A stretch of 64,000 nucleotides of DNA from NCBI GenBank assembly GCA_028534125.1, contig CM052817.1, positions 59,522,001 through 59,586,000 on the forward strand. The letters are read 5' to 3'. The position numbers and the translations under genes are program-made. Numbering within the stretch: position 1 is the stretch's first letter; every line of letters begins with the position of its first letter. Positions 39,626-51,966 of this stretch are shown in pieces. Source of the stretch: Lama glama. Its lineage: Eukaryota. Below the pieces are notes generated by a model. That model was not told where the DNA came from. It worked only from the letters and a program-made list of their open reading frames with translations, and did no database searches.

Positions 39626-40949
39626 TTGAGAGACCAAGTTAGAATTCAAACACAATTTTTTGTACTGTCTCCCTGTATACTTGCTACAATTGTGCATGAT
39701 AAGTAGCTTTCATGCAGACTAAATAAATTTAATTATTGTAAATTGAATTAAAAGCAGGTAAACATTTCCAGTAATAATGTCAAAATGTTTTCATTCAGTA
39801 AATATTATACACGAAGTTCAGGAGACTTTTCACAGTAAATATAAATCACAATTCACGTTTCATGCCACTTAAAAGGACATAAAATTAAAAATGATTGAAT
39901 TAATAATATGAGTAGATCCAAGATAATATGAAATATATGATATGCTAAAGATTAATCTTAGTTTCTAAGGGAAAAATGAAAAACAAATATAATAATCAAA
40001 ATTTTGCTAACTGGGGTTTTTGGGGGGTTTTTTGTTTTGTTTTGTTTTTGCTAATTGTTTTTTTTTAACTACCTGAAATAATCTTTTGGAATTAAATGAA
40101 GTCTCCTTGTTTTACTGCAGTTATTACTAAGTAAAGGTTAATGAGACTAAATATTATGTTAATTGAATTGTACTGCATTTCAATCAATGAGAAAACACTT
40201 ATTAAATATAACACTCATTCTAATTGTTATATATAAGGCCTTAGTAAGTGTAAATCTGGCTGAACATACAAAATGAATTTGCATGATTTAACAGATAACA
40301 CTTCAGGGTAATCTGTAATACATGGTCATGCATGTGGATTCACCTTATTCATTAGACATCCTGCACAACCGTATAGACAGCTTGGTAACATATGCATATA
40401 CAAGTGCTAGACTGCACAATAATCTGCTAATTCAGCAGCTTAAAATATTTTTTGGTGTCATGCTTCCCCTGGTATGAGGTTTCACCCAACTTTCAAGAAA
40501 AAATACTCACTCTGCTTACTAGCATCATCTCTTGAAAGCAGTCTAGACCATTTTGCCAGAGGAACAGAAATTAAACCCAGCAATAGAGCAAACAACTGAC
40601 CCTCAAATCAAAAAGTGATGTAACAAGGATTTCTCTGTTCCAGGCATGGTCACATCAAAAGACATAGGGTGGGGGGGGGAGGGGGTGCCATAGACCAGAG
40701 ATGTTTGCAATAGGAAATCTGTTTGAGTCAGAGCTGTTTGGAACTTGGGGCTGACAGCTGAAGAAAGAGAAGCAATCCAGTCAATTCATGGGTGTACAAG
40801 TGTCACTGTTTTGAAGAAACTCAAGAGATCTACAGAATGATACCAAATGGGGTAAATCACCTCTTGATAAGGACATGTAGGTGGTTCACTGCCCAAGAAC
40901 AACTAAGCAGCATGGACTTCACCTTTCATACAGAAGAAGCCAAAACTGT

Positions 40950-41100
40950 GGCGTCTTCCCTAGGTTCATGGGTAAGTGTTGGAGGTCTCCAGTCCTTGTG
41001 AAATGATATGCCAAAAAATCACATATGTGTGTTCATTTTCCTGGGCCAAAGTCAAATTCTTAAAAGGGTCTATGTTCATCAACAAGTTTAAAAATCATTA
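40950..41100. mobile_element. hAT-Charlie MITE (Charlie4z-like)
   Basis: cattttcctggg...aattcttaaaagggtctatg...aagtttaaaaatcatt. Confidence 0.5.
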
Positions 41101-42109
41101 AATCAAAACCTAGTTCCAAACTCAAATTGCATGAAGGGAGAGCTGCTAGTGACTTGAGTAGCTGACATTTGCCTAGTTCCAGAGAAAGAATGGACTAGCC
41201 TTTGTACCTATTGCTGTTTACTGAGTTATTACTGAGATAGTCTACAGCAAGAATTCAAAACAAAACAAAAATTTATAGAAATATTTTAACAGCAATAATT
41301 TAAAATATTGCACCTAGAAAGTGAAAATTTTTATTTTTTAAAAATGTTACATAATTTGTGCTACTCGTGAGGCTGAGGGTGTAGATACCTTTCTCTGTCA
41401 AAATGCCAAAGTCTCAGTCACGTGCATTTACATGGAGCCAGTATAGACTCCTCCCTTTGCCAGGTCCTCAGTCTTGTGCTTCGTTCTCAGACCATCCTGA
41501 GGCCTTTTATTGTAATTTCTACAGCTTGCCAATAGCATAGCCTTTATCTCAAAAGGAGAATGGAGAAACGGTTTTAGTTTTCGTTCCCGGGTCTTCACCA
41601 TTTAATCCATCATCTCTTAACACATCTTTTACAGAAAACAAAATACTTGCTACTTCTGTTCCAACTCCTTTACTCCCAGTGGGTAACCTCTCTTTCTTGT
41701 ACCTCCATTACTACTGCTACTGAAAGATGTACTGACATCCTTTTCCTGGAGAAATTCGGCACGATATTTGGTATTTTTCACTGGTTCTATTTGGCATCAT
41801 TGACTGGTATAATTTCACAGTTCCATTAATTAAAGACCACATAGGCATACTGAAACCCTAGCAATGAGAGGTCGATCACTGGGAAAGAATTAGTGAGCAC
41901 TTAATACAAACGTATTGAGTGAATGAATATTTGTGAAAACTAAGTGAAATAATATATAAGAGACTAAACAAGAAACACTTTCATCATATTCTTATAATCC
42001 TTTCATCTGTGTTATTCTTCACTTGTAATAAAAGGATTATAACAATATAATATATATAACATAATATAATCTCCTATATATTACTTCATTTAGCTTTCGC
42101 AAAGATTTT

Positions 42110-42500
42110 CTTACTCATTCACTCCTTCATTCAACAAATTTATGCTGAGTGCTTACCACATGCCAAACATTGGTATGAGAAACAAAACAGTCAAGTTAGG
42201 CAAAGTTCTAGACCCTATGCTGCTTATTCCAGGAAACATAAAAAGAAAATTGACCTGTAAAGTATATACAATGCAGTTTCTAGTAATAAACAGAGTAAAG
42301 GGATTTAGAAAGATAAGGTGTATCAGGAGAAGCTATTTTTAATGGCATGGTCAAGGAATACTGAATCAAAAAGGACATGTTGAGGTAAGATGTGAAAGAA
42401 GTGAAGGAGTGGGTCTTGTGAGGATATGAAAGTAAAGAATGACAACTAATAAGAAAGGTTAAAGGCAAGGCCCTGAGGCAGAAACATCTCTGCCTATTCA
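42110..42500 (-). mobile_element. L2 LINE 3' portion
   Basis: tcattcactccttcattcaacaaatttatgctgagtgcttacca...aaggccctgaggcagaaac. Confidence 0.8.
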
Positions 42501-42924
42501 GGGATCATCTACTATGCTAGTAGTTATTCATAGTTCTTCACCAAGAATAAAAGTGAGACTCATAGAAATTTTACGAGCTTGCTCAAGGCCACAATACTCT
42601 GTGGATGAGATGTGTAGAGCCAGAGCAAAGATTGGTGACTGCTCACTCACAGCTCACGAAATACATACCACTCACCCAGAATCATCCCTAAAAGCTGCAC
42701 AATTCAGAGAAGGCAACAGAGATGGTTCTTTCTAATAAAAAGGCTGCCTACTAGGGATTTATGAAGGAAAGTCTGTCACTGACACAAATGGATATATGTA
42801 GACTAGGGACACACTCTCTCAGCAATATATCCTTAAGACAAAGGGGTTAATTTTACTCATTTTTGTATCCTCAGACATTAGGATAATGCCTAGTACAAAG
42901 TAGTTAAAGTCATGACTACATTTA

Positions 42925-43110
42925 ACTCTGAGATTTAGAGTCTGGGGTCCTGAGTTCAAGGCTGTTATCACTTAATAACTATATACCTTTGGCAAATTAC
43001 ATAGGAATTCTATGCCTTTATTGCCCTCATTATTATAAAAGGGAGTATAAAAACTTGTACTGGTGGTGTCTTAATTAAATGGTAAAATATATGTGAAAAG
43101 TCTTCTCTCA
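42925..43110 (+). mobile_element. MIR SINE
   Basis: tagagtctggggtcctgagttcaag...cacttaataactatatacctttggcaaattac. Confidence 0.7.
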
Positions 43111-43577
43111 ATATTATATTAAGGATTTTATATAAATATATATATAACTATATGTATAAACTATTTTCACAGATGGCAGTGCCTAAGAGCATAGGACACA
43201 CCTATGTGGTCAATGCCAAAATGTAGTCTCAGGATATGAGCAAGATGATACTGAGGTATATCCTCTAAAACCATGATTTTAAAGCACTTGAGGATAAACA
43301 CAAGCTATCTTTGGGAATATTAAGGAATATATAAAGTAACATCCGGGTAAAGAATAACAGAGCAGAAAAATAAAAAGCAAAAGGATCAGAAGGTTGATAA
43401 TGCTGAAATAAGCAACGAATGTATCTCAGGCCAGATAGACCCATGACAATTATCTTTAAAATCGGTCTTTTTAATAGACCTCCTTGGGTTACCCTAGATT
43501 AAAATATCAGAGTGGGTGTTGGCACTTCGAGAAGGTAGTATGAGTCTATTCATCACTCTTTATACACTTTAAGGTTT

Positions 43578-43757
43578 CTAAGAGACTAGATCTTAAATGT
43601 TCTCACCACACACACACAAAAGAAATAATGATTAGGTACATGATAGAGGTGTTAACTAAAGTTCAGTGGTAAACCTATTGCAATATATCAAATCAACATG
43701 TTGTACATCTTAAATTTATACAATGTTATGTCAATTATATCTCAATTTTAAAAAATG
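43578..43757 (+). mobile_element. L1MA9/10-like 3' terminus
   Basis: agactagatcttaaatgttctcaccaca...atcaacatgttgtacatcttaaatttatacaatgttatgtcaattatatctcaat followed by an A tail. Confidence 0.9.
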
Positions 43758-43919
43758 ACTTTAAAAATGGTTGCAGTGTCACGTAGCCATGAAAATGTAT
43801 GACTTGTAATGTACTGTAGAAGGCCTATAGAGAACTATGAAACAAATTCCACAGATAAGAGGAGCCTTACTCGGGTGGAATCACCTAAGGAAACCAGCCT
43901 AGCTACAGCACCACAGTAA

Positions 43920-44400
43920 GAATTAATATAGCCTGGAATTACACTCTACTTCCAAGCGAACAAGTTAGCCTGCTACAGTTTTATGGCTGCCGAGTCAGAG
44001 ACAAAGGACATTTTCACTCATGACATAGCAGCCATTTTAAATTACATCTTTGCTTTGGCTCTGCTTGTCCCCAGGTCCCAATAGTATGATGTGGAACTGC
44101 CTAGGTGGATACAGGTAGTTTATGTCACAGCTGAGGAACCATGAATCTAGGAAACCCTAATCTTTTAATGAGGGCTGCTAGACAACCTGCCCAAACTTTG
44201 CCTCAGAGAGAGACATTATCTTTATTACCCTGGAAAACAAACAAATCTACCTCTGCCCTAGAAGGAGATATAATCTCATCCTTCAAGGTTGCTTTCTATA
44301 TAAATATTCTTGAAAAGATAGTTTGGAAAAAAACTTGTCAATACCTCTGTTCAGGAGACATACAGAAATGTGAGAGACCCATGAAGAATTGTCTCCAACA
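43920..44400 (-). mobile_element. ERVL solo LTR (LTR47-like)
   Basis: Reverse complement begins tgttggagacaattcttcatgggtctctcacatttctgtatg...ctatcttttcaag. Confidence 0.75.
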
Positions 44401-45244
44401 GATAAGCTATGAAAAAAAATTTAAGCAAGCACTTCAAGAGTTTTTGAAGGGTAGGCCTAATTAATGATCTAGGATGAAGTTTTCAAGCCAAGAGTCAGTA
44501 TAAAAGGGGGAAAATACTTCATTTTAGTATTATGTTAGTAGGAAAATCAGTTAGAAAATATAAAATATGAAATGTTGAGGGGCTACACCTAAATGACGTA
44601 AGTGAGAATTAAACTTCATTGGAGAAGTCAATAGAAATTGTGCAGTATTACTAATAGGACACAATGACTTGTTGTAGGAAATGAAAGAAAAGGAATACTT
44701 TTAAATGACATTATTCCTACATGTAAAATTTAATATATGAAAAATAGGTGCATTTAAAAAGGATATTTTAAAAGATATTAAGGCAATTAGTTAGTTCTTT
44801 GGAAAAAAACATAGATTTTTACTTTATATTGTTTCCTGAAATAAGTTGTATGTGACTGAAAAATGTTGAATTTTTAAATGAAAAAACAAATACATAAAAT
44901 AGATGTATTAAAAAAAACAGTATTTTTTTCTCTGCAATTACATAAAAATAGCAAAGTAAGAAAACAAACATTTACGTTATTATGGGGAAAAAATCTTCCT
45001 AAAAACACAAATATGCAGACTTCACAAGGCAAGCACATTATAACACTTAACCTTTATTTATCATCATGTCACTTTGGGATAAGTTTGCATTTTACTCTAT
45101 TCAACATATACTTTAAATCACACAAAAAAATTATTAGTTTTGTTTCAGAGAGTCAAAAGTAAGTTGTATTTACTCATGTATTTAGGTTTTCCAAGGCTCT
45201 TTTTCCTTCCCTGGATCATCTTAATTCTATGTGCCTCTTAGATT

Positions 45245-46177
45245 TTGGTGTAAAACAGACAACCTCAAGTTTTAGTGGTTGGCTTAAAAGAATTGTTTTA
45301 TTGGGCTCAAGTTTCTGTGTATCACCCTGATTGTGGCCTGGTTCTACTGACAGCGAGGTTCTCTCATGCTTCTGTGGTCAATTGTAGGTCAACTGCCTGC
45401 AGGATGATCTCGAATGGCCTGCCTCATAGGTCAGATAGCTGGTGGGCTCACTGAGCTAGGATTTATCTCTGTTGGGACCTTACTCCATGTGGTATTTCAT
45501 TCTCCACTAGGTTGGCCCGTCATTTTTCACATGATGGTTTCAGAGTTCCAAAGAATGGCAAGAGAGCAATTTATAGCCTTTTTCAAGCCTCTGTGTCATA
45601 TTTGCCAATTTCTATTGGCCAAAGCAGTATATCTGTGTTTTAGTTTGCTAGGGTTGCTATAGCAAAGAACCACAGACTGACTGGCTTAAACAACAGAAAT
45701 TTATTTCCTCACAGTTCTAGAGGCTAGAAGTCCAAAATCAAGATGTTGACAGGGTTTGCTCTCTCTCTGGGATTGAGTGAAGAATCTGTTTTAGGCCTAT
45801 CTCTTTAGCTTATAAACCGCTATCTTCTCCCTCTGTCTCTTACATTGTCTTCCCTCTATATATGTCTCTGTGTCCAAATTTCCCCTTTTTTTAAGGAAAC
45901 CAGTTATATTGAATTGGGGCCCAACCTAATGACCTCACTTTAACTTTACTACCTATATAAAATCTCTGTCTCATTATAAGGTCACATTCTGAGATAGTAG
46001 AGACTTCAATATATGAATTTAGCAGGGTTACTTAATTCAATCCATAACAACCTGGCAAACAGATTCAATTGATGGTACAATTGATTCAAATTTAGATGGG
46101 AGGATCTGCAATGACAAATTACAAGGAGATGGATACAGGAAGGGGTACACATTTGGCCCCGTTTACAATCTACTACA
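45245..46177 (-). mobile_element. MaLR LTR (MLT1H-like), split by a younger MLT1
   Basis: ctccatgtggtatttcattctccactagg...ctattggccaaagca before 45634; resumes ttagatgggaggatctgcaa...tttacaatctactaca after 46049. Confidence 0.7.
45634..46049 (-). mobile_element. MaLR LTR (MLT1B-like), full length
   Basis: tgtgttttagtttgctagggttgctatagcaaagaaccacagact...ggcttaaacaacagaaatttatt...aattcaatccataaca. Confidence 0.9.
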
Positions 46178-46184
46178 ATCCAAA

Positions 46185-47220
46185 ATCATCTTATTTTCTT
46201 TTTCCTGAAAAAAAAAATGTTCAGTATTTCTTTTAGCAAGAGACTATTACCATAAGTTCCCTCTTTTTTTGTTTTTCTGAAAATATCTTTATTTCACTTC
46301 ATCTATGAAGTTAATTTTCAGTGAGTGTAGAATTCCAATTTGCCAGTTCTTTTCATACCTTAGATGACATTGTGCTGTCTCGCTTCCATGGGTTTTGATG
46401 AAAATTTGGCCATTATTTTATTATTTTCTCCTTGAATGTAATGTGTTTTTTATCTATGATTTATTTTATAATTTGTGCTTTTGCTTTGGTTTTTGATCAG
46501 TTTACTTCTGGATAATGCATAGAATATGGACAGATCACTATGACTTACATGTAGCTAGATCTCTTGTTCTGTAGGTACAGGCATATTTCTAGATTTCTCT
46601 TATTTTAGGGAAATAACAAAAGAAAGAATCTCAACTGAAAGTCTGAGTTGTTTACCAGGACTCCTACTACTTGGTGAGTCCTGAGATCCAATTTTTTTGT
46701 CTCTTCAGTTAAATTAATCTCTTGTAATCTTTGCTTAACTTTTTATCCTTTAATTAACTATATTCTGCTTGGATTCTCAATAACTTGTCCTGGGAATATT
46801 CAGTTAAGAATCAGCAAATGCCTTAAAGGAAAATTGCAGGAAAAATAGCATGTTGACTTTTCTATAGTTTTCTTTTACCCAAGATTTTGACTCTTCAAGT
46901 TATGGTTGTTTGGGCAGCCTTGAGCTCTCATTTTTCCCTACAAAGCCCTCAGAGACTGCTGCAGGTTCTAGGATGCTGTTTTCTGTTTGGCATTTATGTT
47001 TGCTGTAGAGAATAAGCAAAATGCTTCAAAAGGAAAGGTCGATCTCACCTCAATATGTTTTCTTCTCTGCAGAAATTGTGCCCATTAGGATCCAGCTGCC
47101 TTGATTGCACTCTGATTTCTGTAAGCAAAAATTTTAAACATTATTTTAATCTAGTTTACAGTTGCTGTCCTTAGGACAGTGATTCTGATAGACTCTTATT
47201 TTGTCATAATCAGAAGCAAA
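46185..47220 (-). mobile_element. Old L1 ORF1/5' remnant (continues from ~45050-45230)
   Basis: tctgaaaatatctttatttcacttcatc...gtgtagaattcca is an antisense L1 ORF1 motif. Confidence 0.6.
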
Positions 47221-47519
47221 AGTTCGCATCATGGCATATAAAGGCAAACCAACACTTAAGTGTGCATGCACATACACAACACACTCTCTCTGCATAACCA
47301 TATGTTATCAGGAATAGACTTCTAGGCAAATCAGCTCAAGTTTAAATGGATACTTGGGACTCTTACGGAACCTAATTGCTAAATGTGCAATGTAAAGCTG
47401 AGAATATCCTATCAAAGTCAACTTTTTCTGAGGTTAAATGGTCTACTTTTTGAATATTTTTTGCACTTTCTGTGAATTTGCCTCATTCTTCCACTTTTTT
47501 ATGCAAGTCATCTAATATA

Positions 47520-47745
47520 CTTGGCCTGCAGACAGCTGCCTGCTTCTCACTGTGCAGTCCATGAACTTTGCTTAGTGTGTGCAGATGAAGAGAAAGAGAG
47601 GCCACCGATCCTATCAGATTATGTTCTTATCCTTATAATTTCACTTAATCTTAATTACCCCCTAAAAAAAGCCCTTTCTTAAAATACAGTCACATTGGTG
47701 GTTAGAGCCTAGAATTTAGTGGTGGACACAACTCAATCTATAGCG
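47520..47745 (-). mobile_element. MLT1A-like LTR fragment
   Basis: ttggcctgcagacagctgcc...aatacagtcacattggtggttagagc...gacacaactcaatctatagc. Confidence 0.75.
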
Positions 47746-49241
47746 ATTATATAATGTATGTGTAAATAAATCTTATTTATCTTGATTATTTTGTCTTCTC
47801 CTTCCTAGAATGTAAGCTCCATGATGTCCTAGATATTTGTGTGTTTCATTCATTGTTTTCCCATTGGTAAAATTTCCCATTAAGTGTGAAACTTAATGAG
47901 AGTTCAAACATACATGTAAATGTAAACTGATATCAAATTCCCAGAGGATAGTTTAGAAACATACATCCAAAGCACAAAATATTCTCTTTTTGGTAATTTC
48001 AGGGTTGGGAATTGATACTAAGGAAAGAAGCATCTGCTTATATTCAGCATTTTTTATAAGAACAGAGATTGAAAATAACCTCATAGCCACAACTAGGGGA
48101 CTAGTTCAATAAATTATGACAATATATTGTAAAACATTATACATAAATTAAGAAGATCATGCTGAAGAATAATGTCATAAAAAAATGTTTGAGATATACT
48201 TTTAGGTAAAAAAAAATTATTAAAAGCATAAAATGCCTACTCCTTAATATGCATGTAAGTGACAGAGAAATTCTCAAATCTGTAAAGAGTAGTTTCTCAG
48301 GTTTGCTAAATAAATTTTAGCAAAAATTATTTTGGAGCAAGGGCTTTTTATATTTTCCAAAATTTTTACAAAAACATGTTGACTGCATAATCATAAAACA
48401 TATTAAGTAATCTGATATAAGAATCAAAATATAAAACATTAGAAGGAAATGGAAATGATCATTAAACTTTACATTGGAAAAGATATCTACAGTAAACTTA
48501 GAAAGCAAGAGGTTTTGGGGGTAAATTTTTTTAAAAATTACTTTTATAAATAAGAAAAATCTAAGAACAATGTCATAGAAAACAAACCTTGGACTCAGAT
48601 AAACAATTATCATGTTCTGAGTTTATTTAAAACAGTTAATGAATGCTCTCTATTTGAGAAAAGTTTCCAAAATATTGCTGCATACAAAAACTATTATACA
48701 AAATATGAACAAAAACAAAAAAGCAACTAAAGAAGGATTATACTTTGGAGGTGACAAAAGTATATACAAACATTAAAAGGTACAGATGTTACAGTTTGGA
48801 CAGTTAGAAACAGACTGCCAACATTCTAGGTCATCCTGACACAAACTCTTCCTAGAATCAGTTTATACAGATATTCCATTCCATTTCTCATTTTGCGTGA
48901 GATGAATACCAAATCATGGAAAAATTCCATGATGACGTAGAAGACCCGACTAAATGAAATGGATGTCATGCCTTTGGAGGAAAAGACTCAATACTGTAAA
49001 GATTCCAATTCTTTCCAAATTAATATATAAATTCACTGAAAATCCACCCAGAATCTTTTTGATTTGTTTGCTTTTTTGTGGTTGTGGTTGTTTTATAATT
49101 TGACATACTGATTCTAGATCTCATCTGAGAGATAACATGTGTGAAAGAGTCAAGAAAATAATGAGAAAAAAAGAATGGAGAGAGCCTTGTACTATATTTC
49201 TTTATCAATGAAAATAATATGTGTATATAAGAATTTGCTGT

Positions 49242-49986
49242 GCACTATATACAATAGCCAAGACATGGAAACAACCTAAATGTCCATCAACAGATGACTG
49301 GATAAAGAAGTTGTGTATATTTATATAACGGAATACTACTCAGCCATAAAAAAGAATAAAATGTCATTTGCAGCAACATGGATGGACCTAGAGATCGTCA
49401 TGCTAAGTGAAGTATGCCAGAAAGAGAAGAAAAACACCATATGATATCACTCATATGTGGAATCTAAAAAAAAAAAGAAAAGAAAAAAGGATACTATGAA
49501 CTCGTCTACAAAAAAGAAACAGATTTGCAGACATAGTAAACAATCTTATGGTTACTGGGGAAGGGGGTGGGAAGGGACAAATTTGAGAGTTTGAGATTTA
49601 CAAATGTCAGCCACTATATGTAAAAATAGATTTTAAAATTTTCTTCTATATAGCACAGGAAAGTAATGTTACTGGGAAAAGGGAAATAAGAATTACCTTG
49701 GTTCTTAGTCACCTGAAAAAAAAAGAATTTTTAACAAGAGACAGAAAGCATGATATAAGCAAGATTTTTATTAATAAAGTAAAAAAAGTAGTAAAAGATA
49801 GTACACTCCTGAGAATTGGGAGTGGCCCAACCCAAGAGAGGGAAAATGGGAACTATGTTCAATATTGTAATAATTTTTAATGAAAAATAATAGGAAACAA
49901 ATATATGTATGTATATGCATGACTAGGACATTGTGCTGTACACCAGAAATTGATACATTATAACTGACTGTACTTCAATTTAAAAA
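49242..49986 (+). mobile_element. Young 5'-truncated L1 3' end (camelid-like subfamily) with TSD
   Basis: acaatagccaagacatggaaacaacctaaatgtccatc...gctgtacaccagaaattga...actgactgtacttcaatt plus A tail; TSD aagaatttgctg(t/c)g at 49229-49242 and 49987-50000. Confidence 0.95.
49667..49849 (-). mobile_element. Isolated R-U5 segment of an ERV LTR inserted antisense in the L1 3'UTR
   Basis: Reverse complement aligns (roughly 85-90% by eye) to 56550-56726 plus 57206-57214 and ends in ...cccagtaaCA; L1 resumes gggaactatgttc right after. Confidence 0.9.
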
Positions 49987-50445
49987 AAGAATTTGCTGCG
50001 TAATAAAGGTGGCATTTCAAATCATTGAGGAAAGCTTTGATTATTCACGAAATGGCTACCTGCTTGAGAACAAAGAAAAAAGTATGATTTCTATATTATA
50101 ATACACACAAAAATAAATTTCAGTGAGATTATATATAGGAATAAACTATGAAGTTTTAAAGATCTAGTAGAATATTTTTCTAATTTTAAGATAAGGAGCA
50201 TATTTAAATACTTCACAAAGCCCAAGGAAAAGTAAATACATAAATAGGACTAAGTAACATTTTTAAAACTGTTCCTATTGTGTAAGACTGTAAAAAAACT
50301 AAATAGACTAAGAACTTATGTGAATCATTTTAAAGTAACTTGGATCTGTTACCTAGTACAGTAGTACTAACTGCAATTGTGCAATAGTTTTGGAGAGGTA
50401 CTTGCTAGAATGTATGAAGAACTTTGAACTTCTGCCAGCCTTTAT

Positions 50446-50830
50446 ACTGAATGCTGTGGCACCACCCCCTTAGGAAAGAACTTGCACTCCTGCTCCTCCT
50501 GGAGTGCTGCCAGCAGACAGCCCTCTTTGGGATAAACTATTGAATAAACCTACTTGCCTAAAGTCTCACCCTCCTCTTGGGCACCCTGCATCCAATAACT
50601 TAGTTAATGCTTTGATATAGAGGCCTGGCAACTCACTCCTACTCAGAACAATCTGGAGGGCAATATGACATTCACCATTGACAAGTTGCCTGAACCATTC
50701 TGAGAAGGGATCACAACCCAATTTTTCCCTTTACCTAATTCATTCAGCTCCCTTTCCTACCCTCACAGGGAAATTTCCCAGACAGCAATCTGTCTCAAAG
50801 TAAACTTTCTGGGAAAACTGATCAGCAACA
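50446..50830 (+). mobile_element. ERVL solo LTR (LTR16A-like)
   Basis: tgaatgctgtggcaccacccc...ggagtgctgccagcagacagccct; end tctgtctcaaagtaaactttctgggaaaactgatcagcaaca. Confidence 0.7.
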
Positions 50831-51319
50831 CCCTTTGATTCATTCATTCTAAGTAGAAAATAAACAAACCAGCTACAAGGAAAAACAAAACAAGACGTGG
50901 GTTTCTTGAGGGATTGCTTACAATAACAAAAAGTTTGAAAACATCTAAATATTCTAAGAGGCTATATGTTTTATATGTATATACATATGTATGCATATAT
51001 CATTGTAACAGTATATATCATATCTATTACATAACATTTAAAGTTTACCTGCAAGTAGTTTGTGACCATAGGAAACTTTTCTCTCACAATGTTATTTGGA
51101 AAAAATAAGTAATAAAATCATTTATGTAGTGTGATTTCTATTATGCAAACAAATGCATGGGAATAAAGGTAATAAATATATGTTAATTTTACTGTTTCTG
51201 TATTTTTTAATTCTCCATAGTTTCAGAAATTTCATATAATAATTGGGAAAATACTTTTTATTTTTTATAAATTTTCAAACATTGACTAAGAAATATAATT
51301 GTAATTAGTTCCAATTTTT

Positions 51320-51966
51320 CTTTTTTGTTTGTTTCCTTTTTATTGAAGTATGGTCAGTTTACAATGTTGTGTGGTATATATATGCAATGGAATGCTACTC
51401 AGTCATCATAAAAAAGAATGAAATAATGCCATTTGCAGCAACATGGATGGAGCTAGAGATTATCATATTGAGTGAAGTAAGTCAGACAAAGACAAATATC
51501 ATAAGATATCACTTATATGTGGAATCTAAAAAAAAAAAGATAGAAATTCCATTTATACACCAAAAACAGACTCACAGACATAGAAAACAAACTATGGTTA
51601 CCAAAGGGGACAGGGTGGGGAGGGATAAATTAAAGGTTGGGGATTAACAGATACTCATTACTATATATAAAACAGATAAACAACAAGAACCTACTGTATA
51701 GCACAGAGAATTATATTCAACTTCTTATAACATATAATGGAAAAGAATCTAAAAAGAAAAATATATATGTATATGCACGCACAACTGAATCACTTTGCTG
51801 TACACCTGAAACTAATATTGTAAATCAACTATACTTCAATAAATATCTTTTTTTAAAAAAGAAGTATGGTCAGTTTTCAATGTTGTGTCAACTTCTGGTG
51901 TACAGCATAATGTTTCAGTCATACATGTACATACATATATTCCTTTTCATATTCTTTTTTATTATA
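51320..51966 (-). mobile_element. Short antisense young L1 3' end (poly-T plus ~130 nt), split by a sense L1
   Basis: tttattgaagtatggtcagtttacaatgttgtgt|caacttctggtgtacagcataatgtttcagtcatac; TSD tgtaatta(gt/cc)tccaattttt at 51300-51319 and 51967-51986, with a TT/AAAA-type site. Confidence 0.9.
51373..51860 (+). mobile_element. 5'-truncated cetartiodactyl-type L1 3' end
   Basis: atgccatttgcagcaacatggatgg...aactgaatcactttgctgtacacctgaaact...aaatcaactatacttcaataaa; flanked by a 28-bp direct repeat. Confidence 0.95.

Larger units (their letters stand above)
48900..50330 (+). mobile_element. Old L1 ORF2 remnant hosting the young L1 at 49242-49986
   Basis: aagactcaatactgtaaagat...aaattaatatataaattca before the insertion; ataaaggtggcatttcaaatca after it. 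Confidence 0.7.

Noticed and set aside
44141..44464. 107-aa ORF
   Set aside because: Lies mostly antisense within an LTR47-like solo LTR.
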